Source: the human T2T-CHM13v2.0 reference genome, Homo sapiens. Taken from it: a stretch of 64,000 nt of DNA. Below the pieces are notes generated by a model. It worked only from the letters and a program-made list of their open reading frames with translations. It was not told the DNA's origin and ran no database searches. Shown piece after piece: positions 25,729 through 39,930 of this stretch. Location of the stretch: NCBI RefSeq assembly GCF_009914755.1, contig NC_060926.1. One strand, 5' to 3'. A program made the position numbers and the translations under genes. Numbering within the stretch: position 1 is the first letter of the stretch; the number at the start of each line of letters is the position of its first letter.

Positions 25729-27644
25729 AGTATGTATGTTGAAAGCTGTGCACCAACAGCTTCAAGCTTCCTATTGTTGCTTATTTTTGAAGGTGACTGG
25801 TGTCTTCCAGGCCCCAATGTTGTTCTTGAAAAGCCAATAAAAAAGATCCTGTTTGCTATTCTTAGCATTTATATATACTAAGGCTGGTGTGAGAAAGAAT
25901 AAGGTCATGAGTTGTTACCCTCAACGGTGGACATTTTAGCAAGTCCCTCTGTGTATTTTGATGATTGAACATGAAATCATCTCTGCGGTTAAATTTTATT
26001 GCTTTCAATGCACCTCGGTTTCCCTTCCCATGCTGGGTCCTGTAATGATCTTTCTGGAGTTTGTTTGGAAAGTCAAAGAAGTCTGACAATGGTGGCTGTT
26101 TTGTCTCCAGGTATTGCGAGTGTGAAAGAAACCATTGGGGACGGGGCAAGATATCCTGCCAATGAGCCAGGTAGGATGTCCTTTGAACAGGACAGGGCCT
26201 AGGGTAGGGCATGGAGTCGCACTCTCAGTGTTGTGCAAGCTCAGGCTTAGTGCCTGCAGGCCCTGAAGCTGGGTGCCTCTTAAGTGTTCACCCTGGATGC
26301 TTCTCTTGCCTCTCCCTAGTCCTAGCCCTGCCTCTGAGTAAGAATAATCTCTAATGGACACCATTATCCTCTTGCACTCATTTTAGTCGTTGTATGTCTG
26401 CTTCTAGGTTCTAACCTGGAAGTTTTAATTAGTTTTAGTTGAACAGCTATTTTTTAAAGCCATAATCCTGAGAACACATTGAGAGAGGAAGAGATTTTCA
26501 TTCTTTCATACCCAGGCATTTAATATTTTACAATGGTAACTCTAAATAACTGAGTACCTAGGTTTGAGGCACTGTACTCATATTGCATAGGTGTGTTGCA
26601 TATATAATGTGCAAAACTCACTAAGAAATTCTGCAACCTAGGCATTCATAGCCCAACCGAGAGATGAAATGCCAGGCCCAGGCCCCACAGAGGAGAGGGC
26701 CACTCTCCAACATAAGACTATCTTGCTCCACGTCGACTTGCTGCCTGTTTGACTCCCCTCCCTTCGGGCCTCAAAATCTCTGCTTTCTAAACTTTTCTGG
26801 TATTAACTGCCTCAATCACCACAAATACTATCTCTGTATCTCCTGGTCAAATTTTTCTTACTTGACTAAAAGATTTTATTATTGCTTTGCTTCTGTGGTT
26901 TCTTTCTCTTTCCCACTCAAAAAAAAGAAAATCATTGAGTTGAGAGTAGATCAGTATGTCAAGTTTTCTCAAAACATTCTTTAAAGCCATTTTCTGACTT
27001 AAATGTCTAGAAGGCAAAGCTAAATGGGGCCACCAGGTAAGAAAGCAGGACAGCTCCACACACTTAGGGGAATGAGGAGGGAGAAAATGGAAAGAAAAAA
27101 TATCTTATTAGGTTTTGTAGGTCAGGGAAATCCTTTCTAGCCTGGATTTTAAAACTTCTGAATTTTAATTGAAAGTATTTCTCCAGGGTATTTACTTTAA
27201 CATGACTGTGCACTCTCAAAAAAAATTCCCTATCCATGTAAGAAAAATAGTACAAATTCCAGGAAGGCAAAATTGCATTAGAAGGAAGAATTTGATGATG
27301 TGCCCTTTCTGCTTCGGACAGTAACCATGAAATTGCTGGCAGCCGCAAAAGCTTCCAGACTTCTATTGAGCATCTCTGCTGGGAAAAACATAATGCTTCA
27401 GGGTATGATACATGACTCCATACTCCCACCTAGGAATCACCATTAATTCTTAAAAGAAGTGAGCAATATTCCCCTCAAGATTTATGACCATCCACTAAAG
27501 AAAATGTCCCCAAATTTGACAGTAGAAGATTGGTTTAATCTGGGGGCTGTTGTTAGAAAGGTATGAAAGTTAATGAACAAAACTTGACGTCTCCCTGATT
27601 TCTCCAGTTTTGACCTCAAATGCAAAATAATGCTTGTTCCCTGT

Positions 27645-27647
<3 letters not shown>

Positions 27648-27690
<43 letters not shown>

Positions 27691-27709
27691 CTCTCTCTCT
27701 CTCTCTCTC
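27648..27709. repeat. Compound microsatellite (AC)20(TC)11
   Basis: Direct reading. Confidence 0.95.
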
Positions 27710-28149
27710 CAAAAGATAGAAATTCTCAGTTGCTCACTTATAACAAGCACAGAATCAAATGCTAAGTGTTAACCACTCATCTTTTAAAAATTCATGTCTA
27801 CAGAGTACATCTTGGCCCAAACTAGAAATTACTTTATTCTCTTCTTTCTGCATGTTGACTTTTTATCATAACTGTTAACATCATTCTTAGTAATAATGAG
27901 GATTATAAGAATACACTGGTTTAAATAGTGTTATCTGTCTTTCTGACTCAATGTATATTTTTATATTGTATCTCCTTATCTTCATTGCATTCCTATAAAG
28001 CAGGTTGCTTATCATTTCTGATTTATAGATGTAAAAACCAGGGCATTGCAAAGCAAGATGATATGAAGTCAAATAGTAATGAAAAAATTGGTCCTTTTAC
28101 CCACTCTCTATATTAGAATTAATTCACTCCCCCTGAAATTCAGGAAATG

Positions 28150-28490
28150 GGCTGGGGTGCGGTGGCTCACGCCTGTAATCCCAGCACTTTGGGAGGCCGA
28201 GGGAGGCAGATCACCTGAGGTCAGGAGTTCAAGAGCAGCCTGGCCAACATGACGAAACCCCATCTCTACTAAAAATACAAAAAGTCGCTGGGTGTGGTGG
28301 TGGGCGCCTATAATCCCAGCTACTCAGGAGGCTGAGGCAAGAGAATTGCTTGAACCTGGGAGGCAGAGGTGGCAGTGAGCCTAGATCGCGCCACTACACT
28401 CTAGCCTGGGGACAGAGCGAGACTCTGTCTCAAAAAAAAAAAAAAAGAAAGAAAAAGAAAAAAGAAACAAATAACAACAACAACAAAAAA
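28150..28490 (+). mobile_element. AluS (Sx-like) with compound A-rich tail
   Basis: Dimeric Alu, cacctgaggtcaggagttc. Confidence 0.92.
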
Positions 28491-29489
28491 CACAAGACAG
28501 AAAATGGAGTGTAACAATACATAAAAAAGAATTTTCAGTTGAAAAAGTGATTTAGCCTTAGCACATGTTTCCAAATTAGGGGTCTTTCTTTCAAATTGCC
28601 TTTAAACATAGTACAGAAAACGGGGTAATTTGGATGCTTTCAAAGCTGACCCACCTGAACCAGGGCATTTTAGGACAACCTTGTAGGAACTCTGAGTCAA
28701 ATTCTTGTGATGCTATGACTAAGTATCATGCTTTGGCTGCTTTCCCCCACCTCTTACTCAGATTCCCCCAGCCCCCTTCTTAAGGAGAATCCCTTTAACC
28801 CCTCCTAGGAAATATCCCTTCCCATAGCACTTCAGAGTCTTTGCGGCAACTCTGCTGCAATGTCCCCACTTGACACTGTGCTCCTTGTTGTGGTGTTAGG
28901 GCTAAGTTTCCCTTTCATGGGACTCCAAGCTAGAAGTTGGTCTCAGCACTAATGAAAGATGCACAGTATGTCCATTGCTCAGTCAGCCGTTCTGATCCAC
29001 TGCTGAGGTTGCAGGTGTTCCTTGTCTCCAGGTTGCTGCTTGATTCATGGGAACCACCCCCAATCCCCCTCCCACTTTCCACTCAGGTTCTGTTCTACAA
29101 GTCTCAGGGATCTCTGCACCACAGGAGACTCAGAGACAACAGGATATGGGTATGGTCATAACCTTCCACTGTCAGCATGTAGAACATAGGATGATTCAGC
29201 TCCACCATGAAATGAGAAGATAGAGGGAGGGAAACCATCCACTGTCTGCAACCTGAGAGACTGTTCACCTCCCCCCTCAGCAGCGGTAGGGTAGAAGTGG
29301 CACTAACCGATCTAATATTCAGGTAGTCAGGGTTCTAATTCTAGCTCGGGCACTTTCTTTGCCTCAATTTTTACATTTAGACCTAACAACTTTTTTTTCC
29401 TGGTAATGACTGTCCATCAGCCACATGTTCCTAGATTTTAGTATAATATTTTTACTGGGCAGTTATTGGATTTTGGTCATCTAGCATCT

Positions 29490-30300
<811 letters not shown>

Positions 30301-30834
30301 ATACTATCTTACTTTTTCTCACTGCTTATATTTTCATAAAAACTGGCTTAGCCAATACACAGTTTTACTGTGAACAGCAAATAAGATAATGCATACGAAG
30401 GAAATTTCAAGAAATTTGAAAGCATGAAAGATTAGTGTCATTCCACCATAAAGGTAAACTCCTCTTGCTGTTTTTTTTCTCTTCAGTTATGATATTTAAA
30501 ATCTGATTCCTGTGAAGAAGTTGTGCAAACTGACTTATGAAAGAAGACTTAGTCCATTAAAGGTTATTTGGCTGGATTTTTCTTTCCTTCCTTTTGGAAT
30601 TGACCTCAGTAAAACATAAGCCCAACTGAATGAGCCTCTCATCCTAAATTCCTGCTAGTCCCTAACTGCCCCACCTCCTATCACCAAGTTCTATCAAATA
30701 CTTTTTAAATGTCCAGTTAATCCATTCATTTCTTGCCACTACCTTAAATAAGGTTCTCGTTTTTTCCTGAACTTGGATTGTAGTGTAGGCCACTGAGGGA
30801 GGAAATGCAGGAGGCATTTCAGCTTTAGTTGGAA

Positions 30835-31353
30835 TATTGGTTATATAATTGCTGCATAACAAATTACCCCTAAACTTAGTGGCCCAAAATAACAATAAAC
30901 ATATATTATTTCACAGTTTATGTGGGGTAGAGTTTGAGAGTGGCTTAGAGGGTTCTGGTTCAGGGTCTTTTATGAGGTTATAGTCAGTATATTGGCTGAG
31001 GTTACTGTCATCTGAAGGCTTGATTGGGGCTGAAGATCTGCTTTCAGTTTAGCTTGTTCACATGCTTGGCAAGTTGGGGCTGGTTGTTGGCAGAAGGCAT
31101 CTTTCATGCCACATAGTCCTCTGCACAGGGCTGTTGAGGGTCCTCATGACATAGCTGCAGGCTTCCCCTAGAGCAAATGCTGCAAGAAAGAACAAGAAAG
31201 AAGCCACAATGTCTTTATGAACAAGCCTCAGAAGACATGCTTCATCATTTCCACAATGTTCTTTTGGTTACACTGATCAGCCCCATCTAATATAGGAAGG
31301 GGTACACAAGGGCATAAATACCAAGAGACAGGGATGTCATCTTGGCTACCACA
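30835..31353 (-). mobile_element. MLT1 (MaLR) LTR
   Basis: attgctgcataacaaattacccctaaacttagtggc...catctgaaggcttgattggggctg...ggctaccaca. Confidence 0.75.
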
Positions 31354-31547
31354 GTTAGGAAGTGGCTACCAAGACAAGTGTCATCTTGGCTACCACAGTT
31401 AGGAAGAATGAAAATGTCAGTTTGGGATGTTCAGTTTTGGATATAAACTAGTTCAACAGTGTCAAGGTAGAGATGGACAGTAAAGAGCTGGATTGATGGG
31501 TTGTAGTTCAGAAGAAAGATAGGCATTGGTGAAACCATGCCCCGGAG

Positions 31548-32060
31548 AGTTAAAGAAACCAACTAACTGACAGAAATTTTTGAGTTTGAGGGATGGCAGA
31601 TAAGAAAAGAAACAACTTGTTGAAACACAGAAACTTCTTCCATTTATGAAATTTTAAAAACTGACTGAAATTCGGTTGAAACCAATATGGCCAACTGTAC
31701 TGTGCACAGAACAAGCTTGCTGATGTTGCAGCCCAAATTTCCATTGCATGTTTCATACTAACTCCCCCCAAATTTGCACATGCAACCCACGAGGTAGCAT
31801 AAAGAGATAACTGCACATGCCCCAGGACTTTCCAAACGTCCCCCTTCCTTCCAAAAATCACTCATGAATCCTAGAATCCACCCCTAGACCTTTTCTACTA
31901 AACATACTGCTTTAAACCAGCACAAGAAGACAGATTTGAGGCTGGACTCCTATCTCCTTATTGGTTGACCTGTGGTAAAAACTTTTCTTTTCTCACAAAT
32001 CTGGTACCATAATTTTGGCTTCTAGTGTATCATGCAGTGAGCCCCTTGTGCTTGGTAACA
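31548..32060 (+). mobile_element. Solo ERV1-class LTR inserted in an L2 remnant
   Basis: LTR-like body with terminal gagccccttgtgcttggtaaca; L2-like sequence on both sides (~31410-31540, ~32061-32250). Confidence 0.6.
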
Positions 32061-33559
32061 TGAGGATTCATCAGCACAAGGATAGCAGCTGAAGCCATGG
32101 GAGTGAGTAAGATCACCTGGGAAGAGTGAGAACATGAAGGACTGAATTATCAATATCTAAGGATGGATAGGGAAAGAAGAGCCTGCCCAGAAGACTAAGA
32201 ACTATGTAGGGGTGGAGGGAAAGCCAATATACAGCAATATCATGGAAGGAAGGAAAATCTCCAAGTTCCCACTGAACTCTAGAATTCTATGATCCCAGTT
32301 GTCATCTATAATGATAGTGGGTTTTGCTAAGGGACCGATACAATTAAAATAAAATGGGGGAAAAAAACAAAGGTCCTTAAAAGTTGATATCTACTGGATT
32401 AAATGTCTCATTGTCTTTGAAACACAAATGGAGAATTATTTCATTTTTGGTGGAGGTGATAGATTTTGTTTTTTGTTTTTTTTCTTTTGCAAGTTGAATG
32501 TTTTGTTTCTCTATACATTCTTTCCATATATTTCCTCCAAATCTTTTCTGGTCATTAAAAGAATACTGATTATTATCTGAAATATCAGACTTGGTTATCA
32601 ACCTGTCATACTTTCCTCCTGTCTGTTGAGGCAGTAATCATTCAATTATGTCCTCTGAGATTTTGAAGGTTCCAGAGTCTCTAGACCACCATGGGGTTTA
32701 GGGCACCAGGGAATAGCATAGTTTATAAGAATTCTTCCAGGCTTAGAGTTTTGGGTTGGTTGATTGGTGCTTTGGTGAGCTCTAATTGTGAAAATAAAGC
32801 TTTAGGAAACACACATTTAATAGAAATATGAATGAGTCACAAATACATTAGATTTTTTGTTTTGTTTGTTTTTTGCCTTTGAAAGCCTTCAGGTTGGGTC
32901 TGTGTGGCTTAGAGATTTGTTTTGTTTTGTTTAGGACTATTTTAGTCAGTCTGTGAGCTATTTATCCAGCACCTGACCAAATATATTTGCTCTGACCCAT
33001 TTCATAGACAGCTGTTTTCTATTTACTTTCCAGGAAGAAAAGTGCTTGGTCAGCCAAGAAAAATACTGCAAATGTTAGCAAGGGAATCTGTGTGACAGCT
33101 TAGCAAACCAATTGTATTTTGACCCTCTTCTCTATATGCTGAAGGGTTCAAGTTCAAGTCCCTTCAGGTGGGATTGAATCGGGAGGAAAATAAACTAAAT
33201 TTATGTTACTATATAAATCAAATTTTTTCCATGTAAATGAGACCTACAAATGGGATTAAAACTTGCACTCCTGAATATCTTATAATGGTAATTGACAATA
33301 CTAGTATCACCAATTTTCTTCCCTCTCCTTCCTTCATTACTGAAAAGGCACAGGAAACACTTCATTCATTTCTGGAATATAGCCACCTCTGTCATGGAAA
33401 GCAACAAATGTTATTTAACAGCTACACAATAAAGCATTTCACAATAGTGTACAAAGATAGTCGAGGCCAAAGGAAGCTACTGTCCCATGTGAATTTATCT
33501 GACGCTTAGCTGAAATGCTGTTAGGATGGCTGTGCATTCATCACCTTGGGGAATGCCCT

Positions 33560-33928
33560 ATTTATGGCTTGAATTGTACTCATGTCCCCCCACAACAAAA
33601 TTTGTATGTCGAAGTCCTAACCCCCTAATGCCTCAGAATGTGACTATATTTGGGGATAGAGTTTTAAAAGAGGTAACTAAGTTAAAATGAGGTTATTAGG
33701 GTGGGCCCTAATTCAACGTGACTGGTGTCCTAATAAGAGATTAGGATACACACACACAGAGGGAAGATCATGTGAAGAAACAGGGAGAAGGTGACCATCT
33801 ACAAGAAAGAGAGAAGGCTCAGAAAAAAACAACCCCACCAACACCTGGAACTCAGACTAATACAATTCTGTTGTTGAAGCCACCCAGTCTGTGGTACTTT
33901 CTTATGCCAGCCCCAGCAGAGTAATGCA
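33560..33928 (+). mobile_element. MLT1A/B (MaLR) LTR
   Basis: gaagtcctaacccc...cagaatgtgactatatttggggatag...aagccacccagtctgtggtactt. Confidence 0.85.
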
Positions 33929-36285
33929 GCTGCAATGTAAGGCAGAAAGAGCTCTGCTGCCTGGATTTATGACATGATTGGATCTCTAAGTCTCAGGAAC
34001 CCAAGGTACATCGGGCAATGTGACTCCCTCCACTTCTGCCCTTGTCAGCCGATCAGCCCTCTACCCCTGAGTCTCATCTAAATCCGTTCTTGGATTTAGC
34101 TACTTTTTTAATCCAGGTGCAACATGTTGCAATCTAAATTAGCCCCAACAATAAGTAGCTAGAGAGCTTCATTCCTTTCAGTGCATGCACACACATGCAA
34201 ACACACTTTCTGTGTTAATAACTAATAAATATTCTAATAAGTGTTCTAATGGCCACAAGAGGCAAATTCTTAGCAAGCCAAGGTACTCTTGTAAATGAGC
34301 TACATGGGAGAAATTCAGAGCCCATTTATGTTATGTCCCTTCAGCCATATATTAAGACACGAGGATTTAAAATGAATCTGTCAGGTGTGTAGTGAAAAGC
34401 CCCCTCTTAGACGGTTTTTTTTTTTTGGCTTCTTAATTTAATTTAGAATATATATTTGGGAGTATGCCCACAAACATGAATTAAACAAAGGAGATGGAGA
34501 CCATTAACATAGGAAGTAAAATAAGTGCTAAAAAATCATTTTTAAAATCTGAATTACATCATCCTAATTAATGCATAATGTTTATGGAATTTTTGCTCTT
34601 TAGGGCAACACTGTTTTCTCTGGATCTCCTAACTTCCCTGGAAGGGAGGCAACAGAAAGAGAGGGGACAGGAGCTTCAGTTTACAAACGGAAAGGCAAAG
34701 GCACAGAGAAAAATCCCGTCAGGCTCTGCATCACCATTTAATGCAGGGGTTCTCAGTCTTGCCTGGGCACTCTTCCCTCTAAGAACATCTTATGCACACA
34801 CCCTCAAAGTACATCTTTACTCATTTCTTTGTAAATGGTATACTTGTACTACTGTATAATGCAGCATGGACATTAAAAAGCATACACCAAAAATAGTGAC
34901 TTTGTAAGGATGAGTTTAAAATTCATTTTCCTCTCGTGGATTATCTTGTGTTATCATTCTGCTTTGGAAATCACTGAATTATTAAAAAGGGTGTGGGAAT
35001 GGAGGCAGATCCTTGGGCTTCCTCAAACACATGTATTTGATCATCCTGCCTCTCCAGCTTTAAAAAGTAAGTAATCTTGTGTGTGCAAAGGAGCATGTGC
35101 CATGCACTGCTTATACTCAGGGCCACAATATCATCTCTTTAGAAACTCCCTGTGGATCATACATGAAGCAGAAACATATGGTCTTTTTTCCTTTTCTGTT
35201 GGCAGTCCCTATGGCCATGGTATCATTGGTCCAAATACTCAAGTTTACCTGGAATTATACTCTAAGGTATGGTCATATGTTGCAATTAAACATCACAATG
35301 GAAGAAAACAATAGGGTGATGAGAATTAGCTGAGCACATTAAAGATTTTAGTCTCTTTGTCACTGTAAGTGAAGACAAATATGTAGGATAAATTAAGGCA
35401 AGCGTCTTCTCCCGGCAACAGATACGTGGAATCAAGCACTTATTTTAAGCCAGGCAATTTCTTTTGTTTTATTTCAACTTATTTTTCTTTGTATTAAGTT
35501 TGAGTTAAATTAAAATCCACTCTTATTGTTTAAAGCAGTGTGACATTACCTAGTATAATAAAAACATTTCTAGTTATCTAATCTCTCTTAAAGCAGCTTT
35601 TTCTGGGCAGTCAATGATTATGTCTGGGTTGTGGGATACAGTGTGGTTTTTGTTTGCTTGCTTTGTTTTTACTTCCTGCCTTTACTCTTCCATATTCAAA
35701 GTATCTTAGCCATGTAAATATATATATATAGAGAGAGAGAGTTGAGAGTACAAAAACTATAAAGTAATTTTCCTTTTAAAAAAAGTCAGATATTTACATC
35801 TAAAGGAATGAATAAATAAATCTGAAAAGTTGTTTGCCTGCAATGTTGAAAGACTTTGTAGATCAGAGCAAAACAGAAGATATAGTTCTCTGGGGGTTAA
35901 CTGCATATGTTGTCCCTATGGAAATGAAAATGTGGCCAGCTTTGATGTCCCTCCCACACTCCCGTCAAGTAGAGACAGGTTACACATCCCCACCTCTCCT
36001 GCACTGTCTATTTCATGATCAAAGGTACCCCCATCTGCAAGATAACTGGTTAGACTTTCAAGACACTACCTCAGCCCTAAAACCAATGTTTATATTTAGC
36101 TGAATAAATTATAAAAGTCCCAAGTCACAGGAACTTGAGATTTTAAAGCTGGATGATATTTCAGAAATCATCTAGTGATTCAGTCCCTGAACTTTCCAGC
36201 TGAAGACATCACAGCCCAGAGAAATGAAGTGTCTTACTCAAATTCACCAACATGTTAGGGACAGAGACTGGACTTGACCTTGTGC

Positions 36286-37115
36286 TTTTTTTTTTAACTT
36301 TTATTTTAAGTTCAGGGGTACATGTGCAGGATATGCAGGTTTGTTACATAGGTAAGCATGTGTCATGGGGGTTGTTGTACAGATTATTTCATCACCCAGG
36401 TATTAAGCCTAGTATTCATTAGTTATTTTTCCTGATTGTCTTCCTCCTCCCACCCTCCACCCTCCAACAAGCCTCAGTGTTTGTTGTTCCCCTCTATGTG
36501 TGTCTATGTCTTCTCTTCATTTAGCTCCCCCTTATAAGTGAGAACATGTGGTATTTGGTTTTCTGTTCCTGCATTAATTTCTAAGGGTAATGGGCTCCAG
36601 CTCCATTTATGTTCCTGAAAAGGACATGATTTCATTTTTTATGGCTGCATAGTATTCTATGGTATATATATTTCACATTTTCTTTATCCAGTCTATCATT
36701 GATGGGCATTTGGGTTGACTCCATGTCTTTGCTATTGTGAATAGTGCTGCAGTGAACATATGCATGCATGTGTCTAAGTGGCAAAGGACATGAACAGACA
36801 CTTCTCAAAAGAAGACATATATGCAGCCAACACGCATATGCAAAAAAGCTCATCACTGATCATTAGAGAAATGAAAATCAAAACCACAATGAGATATCAT
36901 CTCACACCAGTCAGAATGGCTATTATTAAAAAGTTAAAAAATAACAGATGCTGGTGAGGTTGTAGAGAAAAAGGAACGCTTATACATTGTTGGTGGGAGT
37001 GTAAATTAGTTCAAATATTGTGGAAGACGGTGTGGTGATTCCTCAAAGACCTAAAGACAGAAATATCATTCCACCCAGCAATCCTATTACTGGGTATATA
37101 TCCAAAGTAATATAA
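36286..37115 (-). mobile_element. 5'-inverted (twin-primed) L1PA element
   Basis: Poly-T plus antisense L1 3' end 36286-36775, joined at 36775/36776 to a sense-orientation ORF2-end segment 36776-37115. Confidence 0.85.
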
Positions 37116-39618
37116 GCCTTGTAATTCTTACTTGAAGCTCAACAACAGCCACTGTGTTGATCCTGGGCTTGGCACATTTCTGGTTCTCATTTCATTTGTC
37201 CTGGCTTATGACTTCTTTTTATGGCTTTATTATTGTTTTAGTATTCTTAAGTGGTCTCACACTATTTGGATAAGAGATGGAGGACTATATATTTATATTG
37301 TAAAGGTCAGGAGAGCTCTCCTAACTCCCAATCTAGTGCTCTTTCCAAAGAGGGAAAGGAGGACTGTGGACTTATTATTGTTCCTTCACTGTCGCTGACA
37401 ATATCTGCTGTGTCTGTGGAGCCACGAAGGCTCGAAGTAGCAAGCAGCATATCATGCACACTCACAGACTTCCTTCCTAAGTGGAAATTCCTAAAAAGTG
37501 ATTTTAAAATACGTTTGCAGGTAATAGAGAAAATTTACGTATCTATTCAATAACTTTTCTCATAATCATGAATATTCCATCTTTACCAAAGGTGAAAATA
37601 GAAATCCTTGTTAGAAATCTTTACAATGGAGAGCTTTAAAATGTAAAATAAGTGTCTATTTGGGAGAATTTAAATTTGTGCAAAGTAGTTTTGTATTTAC
37701 TTAACGAACCAAGAGATAAAAGCTAAGAAAAGAAACATTTGTAAAGAATAGTTTGAGACAGCAACAGCAATAGATGTAGCAGTAGATGACGCTTAGAAGG
37801 TGAAAGATATTCTTTTCTGGGAAATACAGTTGATCTTCTATTACACTTCCTTTTCCATAGAAATACACTAGGGATGATGTCAGAAAGACAATGATGTGGA
37901 AAATCTTAAGGTCTTTGACTGACTACAGAATCAACGATTAAAATCTATTGTTTTAAAAAAGTATCTACGTAACATTTGAGTGATACAGGGAATAGGGAAA
38001 AAATGCATTGAATTTTTCTGACTTTGAAAACACAGCTAATTAGCAGTAATGCTGAAAGGAACAGTAAGTTGAGCTTCCAGGTCCAGTAGGAAATTAAATT
38101 AACAATGACTTTTAAAATTCAGTTATAATTCAATAACTTACCTCATGCTAGATGATTGCTCATGATTCTTGTCAATAACCTTTTAACAAAATCAAATCGT
38201 AAGGAGAAAATCACCTATTACATTACTATTTCATTCATTTATATTTTTATAATCTATCCATTTCCACTCTTTGTTTGACAAATTCATAACTAAGGTTGTG
38301 GATTTTATATCTTCTATAGAACATTATCATCCTCATAGAGAATGGTGGCCATTCTTTGAACAATCTGCCTTTAACTTACTGGTCTTCAATCGAGGCTGTC
38401 AATCATTGTTGGAACAAGACAGGGTGAGTCTGATGCAGTGAACACACATCCATCAAATTCAACTTAAGGAATATATACTCTATGAGGGTTTATATTCTGT
38501 TCTGAAACATCATACAAACCCCTCCATAGTCAAACACGGAAGCAGAGCTCTTAATTATTCACTCTCCTGGGGATGGGTTGAGGGGGTTACATACTATGGA
38601 AATTAGATGTGAAGAAATGCCAAATTCCAAAGCAAAACTTTTTAGACATAAGATTACATCAGGGAGTAGCCTAGTACCAGCTTTATTTTCTAGATTAATA
38701 CAGAGAGGTATCCATCATCTTGTTTGAGGAATAAAAGCCAAATATGTAAATGTGTACTGATTTTATCTCAATAACAAGATTGATAGTAAAAATAATAATT
38801 AGGTAGCTGTGACATAAAAAATTAAAGGTTTTATATCCTGTTTATGTTAATGATAATAAAGCCTCAAGGTATAGCAATAAAGAATTAACTTATTTTAAAA
38901 CAATTATGTAGGAGGCAGCTAATAAAATTACATTGATGTTATATACACTTGTTCTTCCACGAGAACCACAGCAATCACATAAAATTAAATTTAAAATAAT
39001 GCACTAAAATACTCACTACCCAAAGGTGATCAACAGATCTTCCTTAAGCATCTAACTGTGATAATTAGGAAGGGAATGTTTGATTTGCCCATAAAACTCA
39101 TTATTTCTTTTTCTATTCCTGGGATTCATTTATCTCACTTACCTGTGACCTGTTTAGTATGGATCTGGGTCACTTTTAAATTAAAGATTATGCATTTTGG
39201 GGTAATAAGAAGGCCACAAAAGAATAGTGGATATAAATAAAATGCAGGCATTCCCTAAGTTACAAACAACCAACTTAAAATACATATACATGTGAGCCCA
39301 GCCCTGGAGAATGAAAAGTATAACCAGTCTTGCCAATCCTGATACCTCCAGGACCATGCAAGTAACATAAATGAATAGAGTGACCATGTGAATGGGAGGC
39401 AAACAACCACTACCAGGTCACTGAATTACTGCCACATAGGAATAAGGAGCAGCACATAATAACATTTCTGAATGTTTAAATGTTTGGACACACCAACTCA
39501 AAATTTTAAAAAATACTTCAGAGGTATGAGCCTGCTTCAGTGTAAACCCTCTGAATATTAAAGAGGGATAATTTGTAGACCTTCTTTATTCAAAATTTGT
39601 AAATCCAGTCTCCTGGGA

Positions 39619-39930
39619 TTTTTTTTTTTTTTTTTGAGACTGAGTCTCGCTCTTATTGCCCATGCTGGAGTGCAGTGGTGCAATTTTGGCTCACTGCAAC
39701 CTCCGCCTCCGACTCCCTCTCCCAGGTTCAAGCCATTCTCCTGCCTCAGCCTCCTGAGTAGCTGGGATTATAGGTGCATGCCACCACACCCAGCTAATTT
39801 TTGTATTTTTAGTAGAGACAGGGTTTCGCCATGTTGGCCAGGCTAATCTCGAACTCCTGACCTTAGGTGATCCACCCGCCTAGGCCTCCCAAAGTGCTGG
39901 GATTACAGGCGTGAGCCACCGTGCCCAGCC
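39619..39930 (-). mobile_element. AluS
   Basis: Poly-T then antisense Alu; small internal insertion ctccgactccct. Confidence 0.92.

Noticed and set aside
31335-31406. Repeat-spacer-repeat resembling a mini CRISPR unit
   Set aside because: Human DNA, only two copies, spacer derived from the repeat itself, and no cas genes; a local duplication scar.
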